A stretch of DNA of 64,000 bases from Bispira polyomma (Eukaryota), in contig OZ287755.1 in assembly GCA_965649765.1 (NCBI GenBank), forward strand, positions 63,860,001 through 63,924,000, given 5' to 3'. Below are positions 1-13,481 of the stretch, piece by piece (the first letter of the stretch is position 1; each line of letters starts with the position of its first letter). The notes beneath the pieces are model-generated. The model was not told the DNA's origin. It worked only from the letters and a program-made list of their open reading frames with translations, and made no database searches. The translations under genes were made by a program, and so were the position numbers.

Positions 1-1169
1 ACACCATTAAGTTCTCAGCCACGTTTATACCAGATAACCCCTGATCATGAGAATGTTTTCTGATCTGGAGAAAATGGTTAAAAATGCTCATTTGCATACA
101 AGTAACTAGATCATGTCGAGGATATTACCACTTTATGCCCAGGCTATGGCCAAGATATGCCCAGTTTTAACCAGACCTCCCAAGATTATGAACAGCTTAT
201 GCCCAGACCATACCAGATCTAAGCAGATCATCCCACGTTGTGGTCAGTTTATGCACTGTTTAAGCACCGACCACACCTGTTGACTTCAGTCCCCTCCAAT
301 TGTGACTTTTAGAGCAGACCATCAACAAAGTTTTGCCGATCTCTCCAGTTTATTCCCCGTTTATTCCCTGTTTATGCCCAGATGGGGGGCTGACTGTTGT
401 TTTATACATAATGTACTGAACACAATGTGTACATTGTAGAATGTGAATTGAATACTCTACAAAAATTCAATGTAACATCAGTGAGAAAAAAAAAATAATC
501 AATACTTGTATGCATCTAGTTGCTGTGTTTATCTGGGCTAAGTGATGCCTTGGCCTTTTAGCTCACACATAATGTGGTGAACTTTTAGGGGACTGAAGTG
601 CTGTGATTATTATAAGCTGTTGCTATGCAGAGTTAAGTGGGAGATCTGCTTTTGCATTACATTCTGGTAGTACTGGCTCCGTAGAGAATGTGGCTTTTGT
701 TTAGTAATTTAAAATTAATACCATATTTTGTTGTAACAATTCACTTTAGCATTAGTTTGACGTATCAACTATATATTTGGGCTTTATGGTACTACATAAA
801 CACACATAACATTACTGCTGCCAGTGTGTTCAAGTTAAATAAGCGAACGTCAACAAATTTCTATAGCCAGTAAAGCTATTTGTACTGACGTTTAAACCTT
901 TGGAAGCACAGTATGTAATTATTGAAATAGATGAAGTATTTTGGTAATGGTATATGCTACATTGCTGAATTATTATCCTTTTTTTTTCAGTTTGGCACGC
1001 CATAACGATCTATTTATGTATAGCCAAAGTTTATCTGCAGGGAACCATTCGATCAAAAAGTAATTTACTTGATAAGAAAGGTCAGTGTAAGGGGACGTTA
1101 TGATAGCCCCATTTCCAACCGTTTAATTCAAGAAAATGGCCCTGTTCAACCTTAGTATGCAGTTGTTAT

Positions 1170-1600
1170 TGTATTTTAAATTTTGAACACAACTTATTGA
1201 TGCGAGGCATCTTCTAAAGTGTAACAATAGAATCAATCAACCAATTGAGAAGTAAAAAAGAAAAACATTGCCAGGTCGTAAGGAAATATGTGGCGTGTGT
1301 TGGGAGGAAACTAAGGGAGATTGAAGAGGTGGGCTTTACGTTTCTCCTGAAATCAAAGCCCAAGTGGTTCCAGTGATCTAAGCTCTGCTAGGAGACTATT
1401 CCACAAGATATATGCAGCGATTAAGAAAGCTTTAGATTCAGCCCTCTTGGTGGGTTTAACAAAGGACACAGAAAGTATATTTCCCCTCTTACTGAAGAAA
1501 AGAGGAGTGACAAGGTAGGGAGGGCTGTAGGAGAGACAACAACTTTGAAAGTGGTAACATTGATTTTAAACAGAATATCTATCAATCTATCAACGAATAT
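1170..1600 (-). mobile_element. CR1/L2-type LINE 3' remnant
   Basis: Contains the recurrent 3' tail (tttagaagatgcctcgcatcaataag on -) also seen at 4290, 16220, 31050 and 45180. Confidence 0.7.
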
Positions 1601-1960
1601 TCTTTTCACTTTTTGGTACGGCGGTAAATTGGATTTGACACACAGAGCGGGAGAAAAAAAAACAGACGTTATTGGTAGGATATTCCTACCTACTACTACG
1701 TAGGTTTACTGTATGCTACTTACGGCTGCGTTCTGGTGCGTTTTGCTACCTAGTGAAACGTTTCTTGACTAACGGAGACGAGTGGAGACGATCTCACTAC
1801 TTACTGGTACTTCCTTGCTATCTAGTACTATGTAGAGCTACTTTCGGAAACGTTCCGGGACGAACAGAGAAACAGGAGCTGTGACACAATTGTTTCAAAC
1901 AGTTTGAAACAATCGTTGCAGCAGACAAAACATAGACATTTCCGGAACAATATCATCCGT

Positions 1961-2209
1961 TGAATTTGGATATTTAACGTCCACTCTAGTACATTTTAGT
2001 AGGTGATATTGGGACGGGTAGTTGGAAACGCTGGAGGAAACACTGCATACAGTCAGTCAAGGTTCTGCACTGAAACCAGCGGCCCACAGTAAGGAACTAC
2101 CACCTTTCCCACATAGGCGTCGACGGGATTCAAACTCACGCCGCCCAGAGGTCAGAGACCAGTGATTGTGAAGCGCAATGCTTGCTAACCACTAGGCCAC
2201 CGCGGCCCC
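1961..2209 (-). mobile_element. tRNA-derived SINE family 1
   Basis: Head GGGGCCGCGGTGGCCTAGTGGTTAG (A box) and GAGTTTGAATCC (B box); highly similar to copies at 31.7, 34.5 and 46.9 kb. Confidence 0.9.
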
Positions 2210-3049
2210 CCGAGGGCTGTTGAGAGACAACAGCTTTATAAATGTCTTGATAAAAGTAGTATTATTGTTATGTTCCCTGAGAAGGTTATATTTTCAGCTA
2301 TGTCCTTTATTTTTTTGTCACTGGGATTACACAAAAACGTACATGAAATTGTTAAAGGAAAAGGGGAAAAAAATTGTTTAAATTTTGTATCGGATACAAC
2401 TGCAATGGTGAACCCATGAATTTTTCATTTTTGAGGGATCTTGGTGGAGGTATGCGTCCAACTGAATGCCATTCTAGTTATTTGATGTGATTAGAAAAAC
2501 TATAGAAAGTATTTTTCGCAATAATGTTGTTTGGCACACCATAATGATGGATTGATAAACTATTCCATCAAAAAACCATTTACTTAATGTCAAGGTCACT
2601 GTAGGAGGACATTATGATAACCTATTATCACAGGTTAATTCAAGCAAATGGCGTTTGCTTAGCCTACGGTTCCATGTATCAGTCGACATTGGCCATTTAT
2701 AAAAAGTTCTAGATCCAGCCCTCCAGGAAATGAAAAGTATCTTAATCTATTAAGATTACTGATGGGAAGACGAGTATCAAAGTATGATGGCTGTTGGAAG
2801 ACATACATTTTAAACAGAATTTGTTAATGAATGGGATGCCGATGTAATTTTTTTTTAGGTATGGAGAGACATCAGAATGGATACCTAGACGAAAGATGGT
2901 TTTAAACACAGATAGTTTTAAATGGACAGTAAATGGAATGGAATGTAATCGTCCTCATTACTGGGAAGGCCTCCAGGTTGAAAGACGGATCAGGTGTTTT
3001 CTCCGCCAACTTTTTGGCCTTGGTGGATGGATGCACTCTACTAAGTGCC

Positions 3050-3600
3050 ATTCTAATCTAATCTAATCAATTCCGTAATGACGCCTAATATACATACTGG
3101 CGGATTCTCAGGCGCAAAAAAATCAGAATCGTTATTTGGCAATCATGTTATGGTGGACGGAAAAGGGGTCATTACCAGGGGGGGGGTGGGGGTGGGGGGG
3201 TGGGGGGGTGGTGCTTTTTGATAGAGATAGGTCTTGAGCTTCTAAAAGTCGAAAGACAGGGAGAGCATGTAATATCTTGTGATAGATCATTCCATAACTT
3301 CAGTGTAGTGTATGATAAACTACGATTGAAATTGATTTTTGATCTGTGTATGATACGATCAAAGGTGGGAACATTGAGAAATAATTTGTTGGGATTACCA
3401 CAACGGGTACTGACTTGCTGAGAGTAAGGGGTGAGATATAGGCTGAGGTATTTTAGGAGGCCTGTATTAAGAGATGTGTAGACCAATGCGGCAGTTTTAG
3501 GATATGTAGGAATATTTTGAGGTATTAGTGACGATACGAGTGACAATTCTAATTGACTAAGCAAACTAATTCTATATCCTGTTTCTTTTCTCGTCACACT
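3050..3600 (-). mobile_element. CR1/L2-type LINE 3' remnant (RT C-terminus)
   Basis: KTAALVYTSLNTGLLKYL...RSLSYTTLKLWNDLSQDI...LSTFRS is a typical ORF2 C-terminus; attag-type microsatellite tail. Confidence 0.75.
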
Positions 3601-3989
3601 GATAAAATGTTTTCAGTTGGTAATATGAGTGTCGACATTTATTATATTCACGAGCATTTGATGGAAATGACCATATTAGTTATTTCAGAAAGTGTTCTTA
3701 ACTCTTTACAACATACTTAGCATTAAGTGCTGTTTGCTGAGCTCTTAACTATCAACATGTGATAAGTTTTCTGTGAAAAGCCAAAGACACAATATAAATC
3801 AGTACATATTCAATATCCCCTATGATTTACTGCAACAACAAAGAGACATGTTACCTCTCCCACTTTTCAATCATTTATGACAAAATAAATCAAAACCAAT
3901 ATTTGAACAGACTTTGATTCTCTATAACTGTCCAGACAAGCTAAAACACGTTGCTCTAATAAGTAAAATATACCCTATATTGATGAAGA

Positions 3990-4350
3990 TATCTTCTTTC
4001 CTTTAGTAACCGCAAGAGAGGCAACAGACTCTCTGTCACTTCGGTCAGACCAATCAGAAAGGCGGATTTCAGAGCGTTCTCCACCGCAGCTCCACGGTTA
4101 TGGAACAGTCTCCCAGTTGACCTCAGATCAGTTGACACAGTTATCGGTTTTAGGAAAAAGCTTAAAACCTATCTTTTTAATCTTGCCTACCCACCTTAGC
4201 TTTCCTCGTGCATGCTCCCACTTCCTTCCTTACGACTCTGCAATTTCCATGGACTTAATGATTGGACTAATGATTCTGCTGTTGCGCTTTAGAAGATGCC
4301 TAGCATCAATAAAGCGCGTTAAAAATCTATAATAATAATAATAATAATAA
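3990..4350 (+). mobile_element. CR1/L2-type LINE 3' end
   Basis: Encodes RAFSTAAPRLWNSLPVDLRSVDTVIGFRKKLKTYLF*, followed by the conserved tail and (taa)n. Confidence 0.85.
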
Positions 4351-6177
4351 AGTTCAAGGACGCATACATTAGAAATAAAGTACAAGCTCGAGTACGTTAT
4401 TTCTATTAGAAAGATTGACAACATTATATTTAAAGCAAATAATAAGATATTTTCCAACGTACTGTGCAACTTATTTTGTACGTACTGCAAACTATTTATA
4501 CATACATTATTCTTTTAGACAAAGTATGGCTATGAATTGCGCACTGACGGCTTTTGTGTTTGATGCGCACTTCTGGTCTTTCTAACGTGCATGGAAATTG
4601 ACTAAATATAGAGGGTACTAAGTATCGCTTTCAACAAGAAAACCAAGTAAAATGTGAAATTTAAATTTAAGTGCAGTGCTGAAAGCTCTCCTAAAACAAA
4701 CGGTTACAATAGTGACTTATTTCTACTTACAAAAGTGACACACATCCTTCACTTGAGTGTGAGTTTGGAAGAATACATGCCCAGTTATCACACCCACCCA
4801 CTGATTACATGCCAGAAAATTCAATAGCTCATCTCTGGAACATGCCAGAAGACTTGTATACCCTTTAGTTCATGCATTCATCAGCTAGATAAAGAGTCCC
4901 CTAAGTGGTCTTAAACCCATCTTTTAATATATATTTTCGTCACTAATGTTCTGTTCCAGTTTATTATTATTATCATCAAACTTTTTAAGCCCTCTTTTTT
5001 TAATTATATCAAATTCGAAAGAGTTCGGTAAAATTACAATCAGAATCCAAAAATCAGAATTAATGAAACATAAAAAAAGTCTATATCAAAAACTAAATTC
5101 ATAACCGAGAGACGACTATATGGGGAGAAATCATTAAACAAAAAGGTCTTTAATCTGCATCTGATACTGTCTAATCTGTCCCGATACAGTGACTGTAAAC
5201 TAATCGATAGGGCAGCACCATTAAATTACAAAACATTTTTATCAGGATAAACCTTTAACCTGTGTTTCTTAGACTTAAAAAAGAGTAACCTAAAGGAATT
5301 CATTTGGATGATTTCCTCTGCTGGTTCTAAACCACTGCAGTATTTGAAGATAGAATTTAAGTATGTAGGCAGGCCAGAATTAAACAAATGGGATCCAAAC
5401 CCACATTGGTGAGAGGTTAGTGATTGTGAAGCTGGCACTTCTAACCACTCGGCCACATCGCAACCCCTGCATGGGTGAACATGCACACATATACAGCATT
5501 AATCCTGTTGATATTGGAATAATTCACACTGAGATGCATTAAGTTCTTTGATCTACAACACGGCTGTTAACCCTCAAGTGTTCAATATTCTCAAAGTGGA
5601 AGTCCGGGCGGTGATTACTAAAATGCATTAACCCCGGTTTTAGTTCTCTCTAAACCCTCCCACTGTCTGTCCTTTGATTGGGTTGTTTCCTCTTGAAAAG
5701 TTTCCCCAATCCAAAGTCAGCTCCCCCCCCTCTCCTCACCAATTCTCTTGTCGGAGGAAAAATAGTCAATTTCGGACTTAAAGCCATGGATTTTGTTTTT
5801 GCTTGTTTGAAAAAATTGCGATATATCTTAATATAAATTAGAAATCAAAGTTTCAGTACAACTTTACATAGATATATATGAAGTCAGCAGTCAGTTTTGA
5901 AATATCACACCTTTTTTTATTTGCAAATTCTCATTTAAAATTTTCTAAAATGAATAAAAAACCTCCGAAAGATTTGTCTTTTGTAAGTTTAAGGTGAATT
6001 TGTGGATTACTGTATTTGGGGGAAATTTTTGCTCGGAAAGAAAATTTTAATTATTCCAACAATTTGTAAGAGAGATTCACTAAAATTAATTTTGATTGTT
6101 TGTCAATTTAAAAAAAAATTTAATTATTAATACAAGTTTAAAAATGGTTCACTGGGAATTTAATTTTGACTTTCGGA

Positions 6178-6335
6178 GGGGCCGCGGTGGCTAAGTGGTT
6201 AGAAGCGTTTGTCAGGTACTTGCCGTTGGTCGGTGGCTTACAGTGGCTCTAGCCATGGTTTCTTCTACTATTAAATCTGGTCATCATGACCTTAAAAGCA
6301 ATTAAAAGTGATGCGAAACCAAACTAAAACAAAAT
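6178..6335 (+). mobile_element. tRNA-derived SINE family 2 (internally deleted), resembling mollusc Meta-type SINEs
   Basis: gggggccgcggtggctaagtggttag-type head joined to tttgtcaggtacttgccg..ggtcggtgg..ggtttcttctacta..aaagtgatgcgaaacc. Related pieces at ~5392-5465 (-), ~7118-7225 (-) and ~9270-9480 (-). Family assignment is from recalled resemblance only. Confidence 0.65.
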
Positions 6336-9269
6336 TCATTAGATAAAATAGCTAAATATTAATGCCTCGTGGAAATTTTCACTTTTACAGTGTATTGGCC
6401 ATCTTTCATTTATATGGGCGGAAATTCACTAATTCTGAGTTTGGCAGAAAGAAATCAATGTCAACTTAATGGGAGGAAATGTAATTATGAGCATTTGGAA
6501 GGAGTGGTGGGGTGGAGGGGGGCATGGATTGAAGGGGGGAGGAGAGTATTTTTTAGTTGGGTGCCTGTGGCGTCTTAATTTGACATGTAATAAGGGGCAG
6601 AGATTGGCACAAAACAAGGTTATAAATTGCATCAATTTCTGGGATAGAAAGACAGACGATAAAAGTGGAAAACTAGAAAAAAAGAGAGAGAACATTCCAA
6701 TACATGTGCCCCAGACAGATGCAGACACACGAGCAAAGGCCTAAATGAAAGCACCAATTAGAATAGGAGTAGAAATAATATAAGAAAAATAATAAAAGAA
6801 TCAGTGAATCATATGATAGGGTTATTCAGCTGTTTTCTCTTGACAGAAAGATAAGGGTATTTTTTTAAATAAAAGTTGAAAATTATAAAATTACAACATA
6901 AAAATTCTTTAATGTGGCCAATAGTAATAAATGTGTATTATTAAATATGACAGTGTTACTAACTTAAGATAAAACTGATAAAAAAGTCTTTTGCATCCTT
7001 GTTTTTCGATCCTGACATCAGCTGATTTTATGTACGACGATGAGATACATTTTTGTGTCAGATGTCAGCCAACTTTATGACTCCATGCAGTCACATTTCA
7101 TTGGATTTGAACTTGAAATTTTTTGGGTTTTACATCGCTTTTAACAGTTTTTTTTATTTATATTGCGATGGCCAGGTTTAGTGGTAGAAGAAACCAGTGC
7201 TGAAGAGACTGTGCAAACCACTGAACTAAATATTAAAGAAGTACATTCAAGCGGCAAAACTCTGTCAGACGTGCCCCAATTTTTCCGCTCTCTGGCCGAT
7301 AAAATCTGAAGCTTCTGTCAACATCTGCCAAGATCTGATCTTATCTGCTATACAATCTTAATACAGAAGTGCCTATACACGTTAATGTGACAGATGATTT
7401 ATATTGTATTTTTAATTTTTAAGGCGGTTTATTAATGCGAGGCACCTCCTAAAGCTAAAACAGGGCGAACATGGACGTCAGGAAGAATATCAAACACGTT
7501 TGATATTTTCAAAAAGTCCCCAGACTAGCTCCCCAGACCCAAAAACTGGAAGGTCGGTATTGCCAAATAAGTTCGATCGGATTGTCATTATGTTCTGTCT
7601 TATAGGTCCTATCTCACTCCAGGCCTAGCCTAACATTGGCCCGTTAAAACGTATAGGTCGGGGGGCGAAAATGAGGCAAACGGGGTGGTGTGGAAGAATA
7701 AAAAAACATTTTATCAGTTATTTTGCCATAGCAGTCCTGACCTTGATTATTACAAGTACGATCGTGAGAGGGGTATAGATCCATCAGATCCTATGGATGA
7801 TATGATCGATCCTAAGACAATACGTCAGGTCGTATCGCCAATAAGTTTGATCCTAACCGGGGTCGGGGAGGCCGGGGCAGTTTTAGTACAGACTTCAAGG
7901 TGGATCGTGGTCGGTATCCTGTCAAAACAGGACGCAATCAGTTTGATTGAGAAGGTCGCCCCATACTTTTATTTTCCCGCCCAAAATATTAAATTTATTA
8001 ATTTTTCGCCGCGATCTCGAAATTGGGCCCATTATGCCGATTGTACTTGGTAGATAAACTTGATAGAGAAACATTATTAATCCCTTAACTGAAGAAGGGA
8101 TTCATCTATTCAAGATCATATTTGTCTGAGATTCCACTCATCATATTTAAATGGTCAATAACAACGCCAATGGATACTTAATGTAATGAGCCTGAAATAG
8201 CAATGTAGTGACGTCATCAATGGCTTTATGTACGGACTAATCACTGCAGTGACGTCACCTATGGCTTCTATACGACTTACTAAGCACTGCATTCCCAGAA
8301 AGTGACTAAATGTCCCAAAATTGTTTGCTACTTGCTAAATGTTTAACCGTTTAACTTGTATTTCTTTTGATGACGAATTTTACCCCCACTATATTACAAT
8401 ATCAGACTTATTAGATACAATTGAACTCTACAAAATGTCACTCTATTTTGGTGATAATTAGTGTTCTTGTAAATTTATTCATATGTAGACATAAATTTCT
8501 GTATTTGACCTGGTAAAGAAACTATTAAAAGTAAACGTGAATCTACATTGTAATTGTAATCAGATTTATACCGCGCATATATCTACCTTCATTTTGGTAT
8601 TCAGAGAGCTAATTAACCCTTTTCTAACTGCAACAGTCAACTGCCTTAGTCATTCCCCTAGCTGAAGACAGAGGCTTGAGGGTGACCATTTATCTAGTCC
8701 TAGTAAATGCATATAGGCATCGATTATCGCCCACACAGACTTAATGTATCAGCCGATCCATCACAAAAACCAATTGCAACTACATTAAGTGCTGATACAT
8801 TCCTAAACTCAACTACTTTTTATTTATTTCCACGGTGTAACTTCAAATTTAGGTGTAAGACGAACGTGAAGTTATCTATCTCATTATTTATAATTTGCAT
8901 TACCAAAAATGTGCGTTTGTTCACATACTAAAATTCGGCCAATACAGAGTGAAATATACATCATCAAGTCGCAAACACTAGACTCGAAGCGTGGGTAACA
9001 CATTTACTTAGGACTGCAGAGGATCTGGGTTTGATCCCAGTGGCTGGGTCACTAGGTACACAAACAGAGATCCTTAGTGACTCAGATGACCACTTAAAAT
9101 AGTATAGGTGTCCTATGTCATTGGATCCTATCTCAAGTGGCAGGTTAACGAAAAACCTTGGGGCCATTTGATAAAAATGGTGTGTCATCCTCAAGCCTCT
9201 CTCTTTTCAGTTGGAGGAATGACAGTTACTAGTACCAGATAAAGGTGGGTTGAGTACAAATGCGAATTA

Positions 9270-9480
9270 AATTGGATTTTGCGTCACTTTCAACAACTTA
9301 TTAGATTGGATTACGATAGGCCAGATTTAAAAGTGCTGATGTCACTGTAAACCACCCACCTACGACAAGTGCCTGACAAACTTTCCTGCATGAAGAAACA
9401 AACAGGAGTCAAACCCACATTGGTGCGGGTCCAGTGATAATGAAGCCAACAATTCTAACAACTTGGTCACCACAGCACCT
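9270..9480 (-). mobile_element. SINE family 2, degenerate copy
   Basis: Reverse complement shows the ggtgctgtggtgaccaagttgttag head, gtttgactcc B-box-like motif, tttgtcaggcacttgtcgtaggtgggtgg core and gttgaaagtgacgcaaaatcc tail. Confidence 0.6.
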
Positions 9481-10195
9481 TAATACAAAATTGAATGCAA
9501 TATTTTGCAATCCTTCAGCAAATCCACTGCCAACTTTCTTCACATACATACAGTGGCAGAGATACGAACCCACGACTTTAGAAATGGGAGACGTGAGATC
9601 TTACAGACCCAATCCTATGTAGGCAAATTGGCTAGGCGACAAGTCACAACATTAAACGTAGTGTAATCACAAAAGGTTTTGTCCATTGTCTCCTTGACGT
9701 CTCCTTAATTCCTTTTGGTGTCTCTATGTTGTCTCTTTGTTCTCTCCGCTCAATTGTCAATACATCTTTGTATCATCTTTGAAGTCACCACCCTGTCGGT
9801 TTACTGTCATTGTTTTTATTGTCTTATATTGTCACCAAACCAATTAAAGTTGGTGACAATAATTGACAAGCGTGATACCTGAAAGAGACAATAAGGCAAT
9901 AATGTTGTACAAAAATTGAAATAATGTCTCACAGTAGTCTTACCACTGTCGTGCAATAACCAAAATTGCCATCTGTTGCCATTGTATTGTCCAATCCTTG
10001 TCTTAGTGCTGTCTCACTGTGGCCTCCTAAATGTCATACTGTCTCAACAAGGGTAGTGGAAGGCCCCTTTTGTTGTTCACCAACCACTTATCAAATCATT
10101 TTTGTCGCCTATGTTGGACGCTAGGTTTAGTCTACAACACTGAGACCCAAATAATTTAATTGACAAATTAGTCTCACCCAATATATGCATGTGAT

Positions 10196-10355
10196 TGACG
10201 TGCAAACTGACGTACAGGATTTTTCAGTTCTTACTGAGATTCTGAGGACTTATATAAAGGGAGACTAAACTGTAATAGGGAACCAGTGGTCTAGATTAGA
10301 CTGGTAGTCAGTTTTCAGGGCTCAGAGACAAGTTTGTTTTATTTGGTAGGTAAAG
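10196..10355 (+). promoter_or_regulatory. Possible promoter and first non-coding exon of the SLC46 gene
   Basis: Two TGACGT motifs (10196, 10208), TATATAAAGG at 10251-10260 and a donor-like AG|GTAAAG at 10350. Motif-based inference only. Confidence 0.3.
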
Positions 10356-12035
10356 TCCGTGTGCTACCAATGGTAATAGGGTGTTTTGATATATTGATAT
10401 ATGATGATTTCATGGTTAAAATATGAGAGGATATTGTATGTACTGGATAATTGGGCAATTAAGAATATTAATATAGTAACAATAACAAAATTAAGACTTG
10501 TATTAATCTAATCTAATCAAATCTAATCTAGTCGTACTTTTATAGCGCTTAATCTTTGTACAACAAATTCTAAGGCGCAACAAACCCAAAACGTTAATCG
10601 CAAATCAAAAATAGTGGGCGGATGGAAGTCGTAACCAGGGAGACTACCGTAGATGGTTGCGACGGCTAAGGTGGAAAAGCCTGCTGAAAAAGATAGGCCT
10701 TCAGCTTACTAATACATTATTAATACATCTGCAACTAAAGTAGTGGGTTTTTGACGATATATAAAGTTACTTGAAAGTTTACTCATGTTGCAGAAATACT
10801 TTATGTAGTAAATTGTTGCTGTGTAATTTATGTGTTTATAGCGTGTCTTGTAAAACAACGATGATAGGCATATATAAAGCTAATTTAATATAATTTTGAT
10901 TGACTATAGTTACACACATAAGTGTAGAATTTACAGCAAAGGTAAAAATAGAGATGGATTATCATTAAAATATTAAATTTACCAACCATCGGCTGCAAAT
11001 TCTAGACAATTAAACAAATGTATGTGAATTATATTCAGCTAAATGCTGGTACCCGTTATTTTTTTCGTGGGCTGGTTTAATCATATAGCTACATTTATAG
11101 CTACCCCCAGCTCCTAGATGTTATAACAACTGTGATGGATTGAGTTATTTTTACTGTTAAAATATATAAAAATAACTATACACACAATAGTGCCAATATA
11201 TATATATATACATTACTTTCACACTAAATGAGTGTATACATTATTAAATATAATTTAGATACTTTTAGGTAGGTGGGCACAACATACCAGATTTGTTCAG
11301 ACTTCACAGTACAAGCGAGTGCATGTGTTATTTTGCTTAAAAGCTGTGCACAGTTATTTAATAATTCATTTACTGTTGTACAAGTTTGTTGGACAATCTT
11401 TCACGACAGCTAGGCGGAGTCATAGTTATATTCAATAATTTACACCAAACAAGGGAGATTTTTTTTTCTGAAATAAAAAGGACTTGCTTTAACTCATATT
11501 ATATATTAGTCTCCATCTAAACCTATGGTAATTTACTCATTGTAACAGTAAACCTTAAAAGTGACGTCATCAATAATGGAACTAAATTATACCTTCAACA
11601 TTTCAACTGTGTGGGGTGTTTTTCTTTGTCTGGGGTTCGTCTTTGGTTAATTATGGATGGCTATATAATGGTCAATGTATGTAGACTATGAAAAGACTAT
11701 CTGTCATAGTATATATGACAACAATGGGGATGATTTTTTTTCTGTAATCTATATAAGTGAGTTAAAAGACAGTTATTGCTATAAGATTGATTAACTCACC
11801 AAGAACTGTTTTGATTTATGTTTTTCGACCAGAATCCAGAGGTTTCAAATTGTTTATTTGAAAGCAAACCCACCCGTGACTGTGTTGTAATATTAACTCT
11901 ATACAACAGATCAGGAGTAGTAATTAACTGATTAGGATTAAAATATAAAATACAACTTAAATAAGAGAAAAAAATGAGCTTAATTGCTTAGTTTGTATTC
12001 ATCACTTGTAACAGTGTGACTTGTAACTAAAAACC

Positions 12036-13481
12036 ATGGATAAACTTGAAAATTTCCGGCTTTGGAGTAATCCGTGCCACAAATACGTGGCTGAAATCAT
12101 CTTCTTTCTGTTCAAAGTGGCCGATGCTCTTCTAGAACCTTCCATGAGGCTCTACATCTATGAACTCACTGGCAGATTACATCGCAAGGACAACGAATCT
12201 GCTCTACAACAACACGCCGCCACCTACTTAATGGTCTACAAGATCCTTGTCAATCTACCTGCTTTGTTTCTTGGCTTATTCTGTGGGGCCTGGAGTGACA
12301 GGATAGGCAGAAAAGTGCCGGTAATGCTGTGCTGCTTTGGGACCATCATAGCATGCCTGTGCTTTTTGGGAAGCCTGACTTTGGAACAGTTCCCGCCATA
12401 TCAGTTGCCAATGATATTCATGGGCGCGGCTATTCGAGGATGCTTTGGCCGGTCCGCATTAATCAGTATGGCCCTCCATAGCTACATAGCTGATATGACC
12501 TCTGAGAAGTCAAGGACAAGGAGGTTGGCAAGGTTACTGGCCATGAACTATTTCGGGTACTTTGTTGGATCAGTATCCATGGGTTTGGTTATGAGCACGT
12601 CGACCTATGACAAGGTGTTTACCATTGTTATTTTGCTGAGTGCCATCTGCGTCTTTCTTGCAATGTACGGTATCTATGACAACACCACCGGAAATGATGA
12701 CACTGACTCCGAGTTCAGCTCCAATAGTTCTAGTCTCAGCTCTTGCCAGTTTGATGAAGCAGAGAATAAGCTGTTCCAGGAGCCCGTCGGTAAACTGGAG
12801 CAGCCGTTCCGGTTGAGTAATATTAAAGAAAGCTTCCAGATACTTGGGAACAAGAGAGACGGTAACCAGAGGTGCCACCTGCTGTTGCTGTTCTTCGTGA
12901 TTGTCATGACACAGTTGTGCAAATCTGGTGAGGTAGACATCACTGTACTTTTTGTGGAGAGGCAACCTCTTCACTGGCCAGAATCCGCCTACGGCTACCT
13001 TTTGGCGACGGACTACGCCTGTATGGGTGTCGCAGTGCTGACTGTCCTACCTTTACTCACCCGTGGTCTGAAGTGGCAAGACACCACCTTGATATTTACT
13101 GGCTTGGTGTTCAAGATCCTCCGGCTTTTTGTTCTGGCCTTTAGTAGTCATACCTGGATGGTCTATGTGGCCATTGTGTTGGGATGCCCCTTGTCCTTCA
13201 TTATATCCGGCGTAAAATCCATGATAAGCAAAGTGGTGTCCGACGATGAGATAGGCAAGACCTTCTCCATGTTATCTTGCGGAGAGACCATGTCTAATCT
13301 ACTGGGCTCCGTTATCTTCAACAACATCTATGCTGTGACAGCAGATACACTGTTCCCTGGGTTTATGTATGTCGTGGATATGGTGTTCCATTTTGTACTC
13401 TTGTTTTTGGCTTGTGCATTATTCCATGATCAAGAAGAACAAGCGAGGAAAGCTTCTGAAAAAGACAAACTGGTGAAATAA
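12036..13481 (+). CDS. SLC46-family MFS transporter (proton-coupled folate/heme transporter-like), intronless CDS, 481 aa
   Basis: About 12 hydrophobic segments; MFS/SLC46 loop motif GAWSDRIGRK; 'SYIAD..SEKSRTRR' and 'SMISKVVSDDEIGKTFS' segments typical of SLC46A1/A3; good start context AAAACCATGG; GC-richer than flanks. Confidence 0.9.
   Translation: MDKLENFRLWSNPCHKYVAEIIFFLFKVADALLEPSMRLYIYELTGRLHRKDNESALQQHAATYLMVYKILVNLPALFLGLFCGAWSDRIGRKVPVMLCCFGTIIACLCFLGSLTLEQFPPYQLPMIFMGAAIRGCFGRSALISMALHSYIADMTSEKSRTRRLARLLAMNYFGYFVGSVSMGLVMSTSTYDKVFTIVILLSAICVFLAMYGIYDNTTGNDDTDSEFSSNSSSLSSCQFDEAENKLFQEPVGKLEQPFRLSNIKESFQILGNKRDGNQRCHLLLLFFVIVMTQLCKSGEVDITVLFVERQPLHWPESAYGYLLATDYACMGVAVLTVLPLLTRGLKWQDTTLIFTGLVFKILRLFVLAFSSHTWMVYVAIVLGCPLSFIISGVKSMISKVVSDDEIGKTFSMLSCGETMSNLLGSVIFNNIYAVTADTLFPGFMYVVDMVFHFVLLFLACALFHDQEEQARKASEKDKLVK

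Noticed and set aside
3177-3211. G-quadruplex-like G tracts (also 22961-22985 and 63700-63900)
   Set aside because: Low-complexity runs, the first inside a LINE tail; no evidence of specific function.
7685-8053. 122-aa ORF
   Set aside because: Starts at GTG, has no recognisable domain and lies in a motif-rich tract that looks like transposon subterminal DNA.
12570-12974. Antisense ORFs inside the SLC46 CDS
   Set aside because: Shadow frames of a real coding sequence with no independent motifs.
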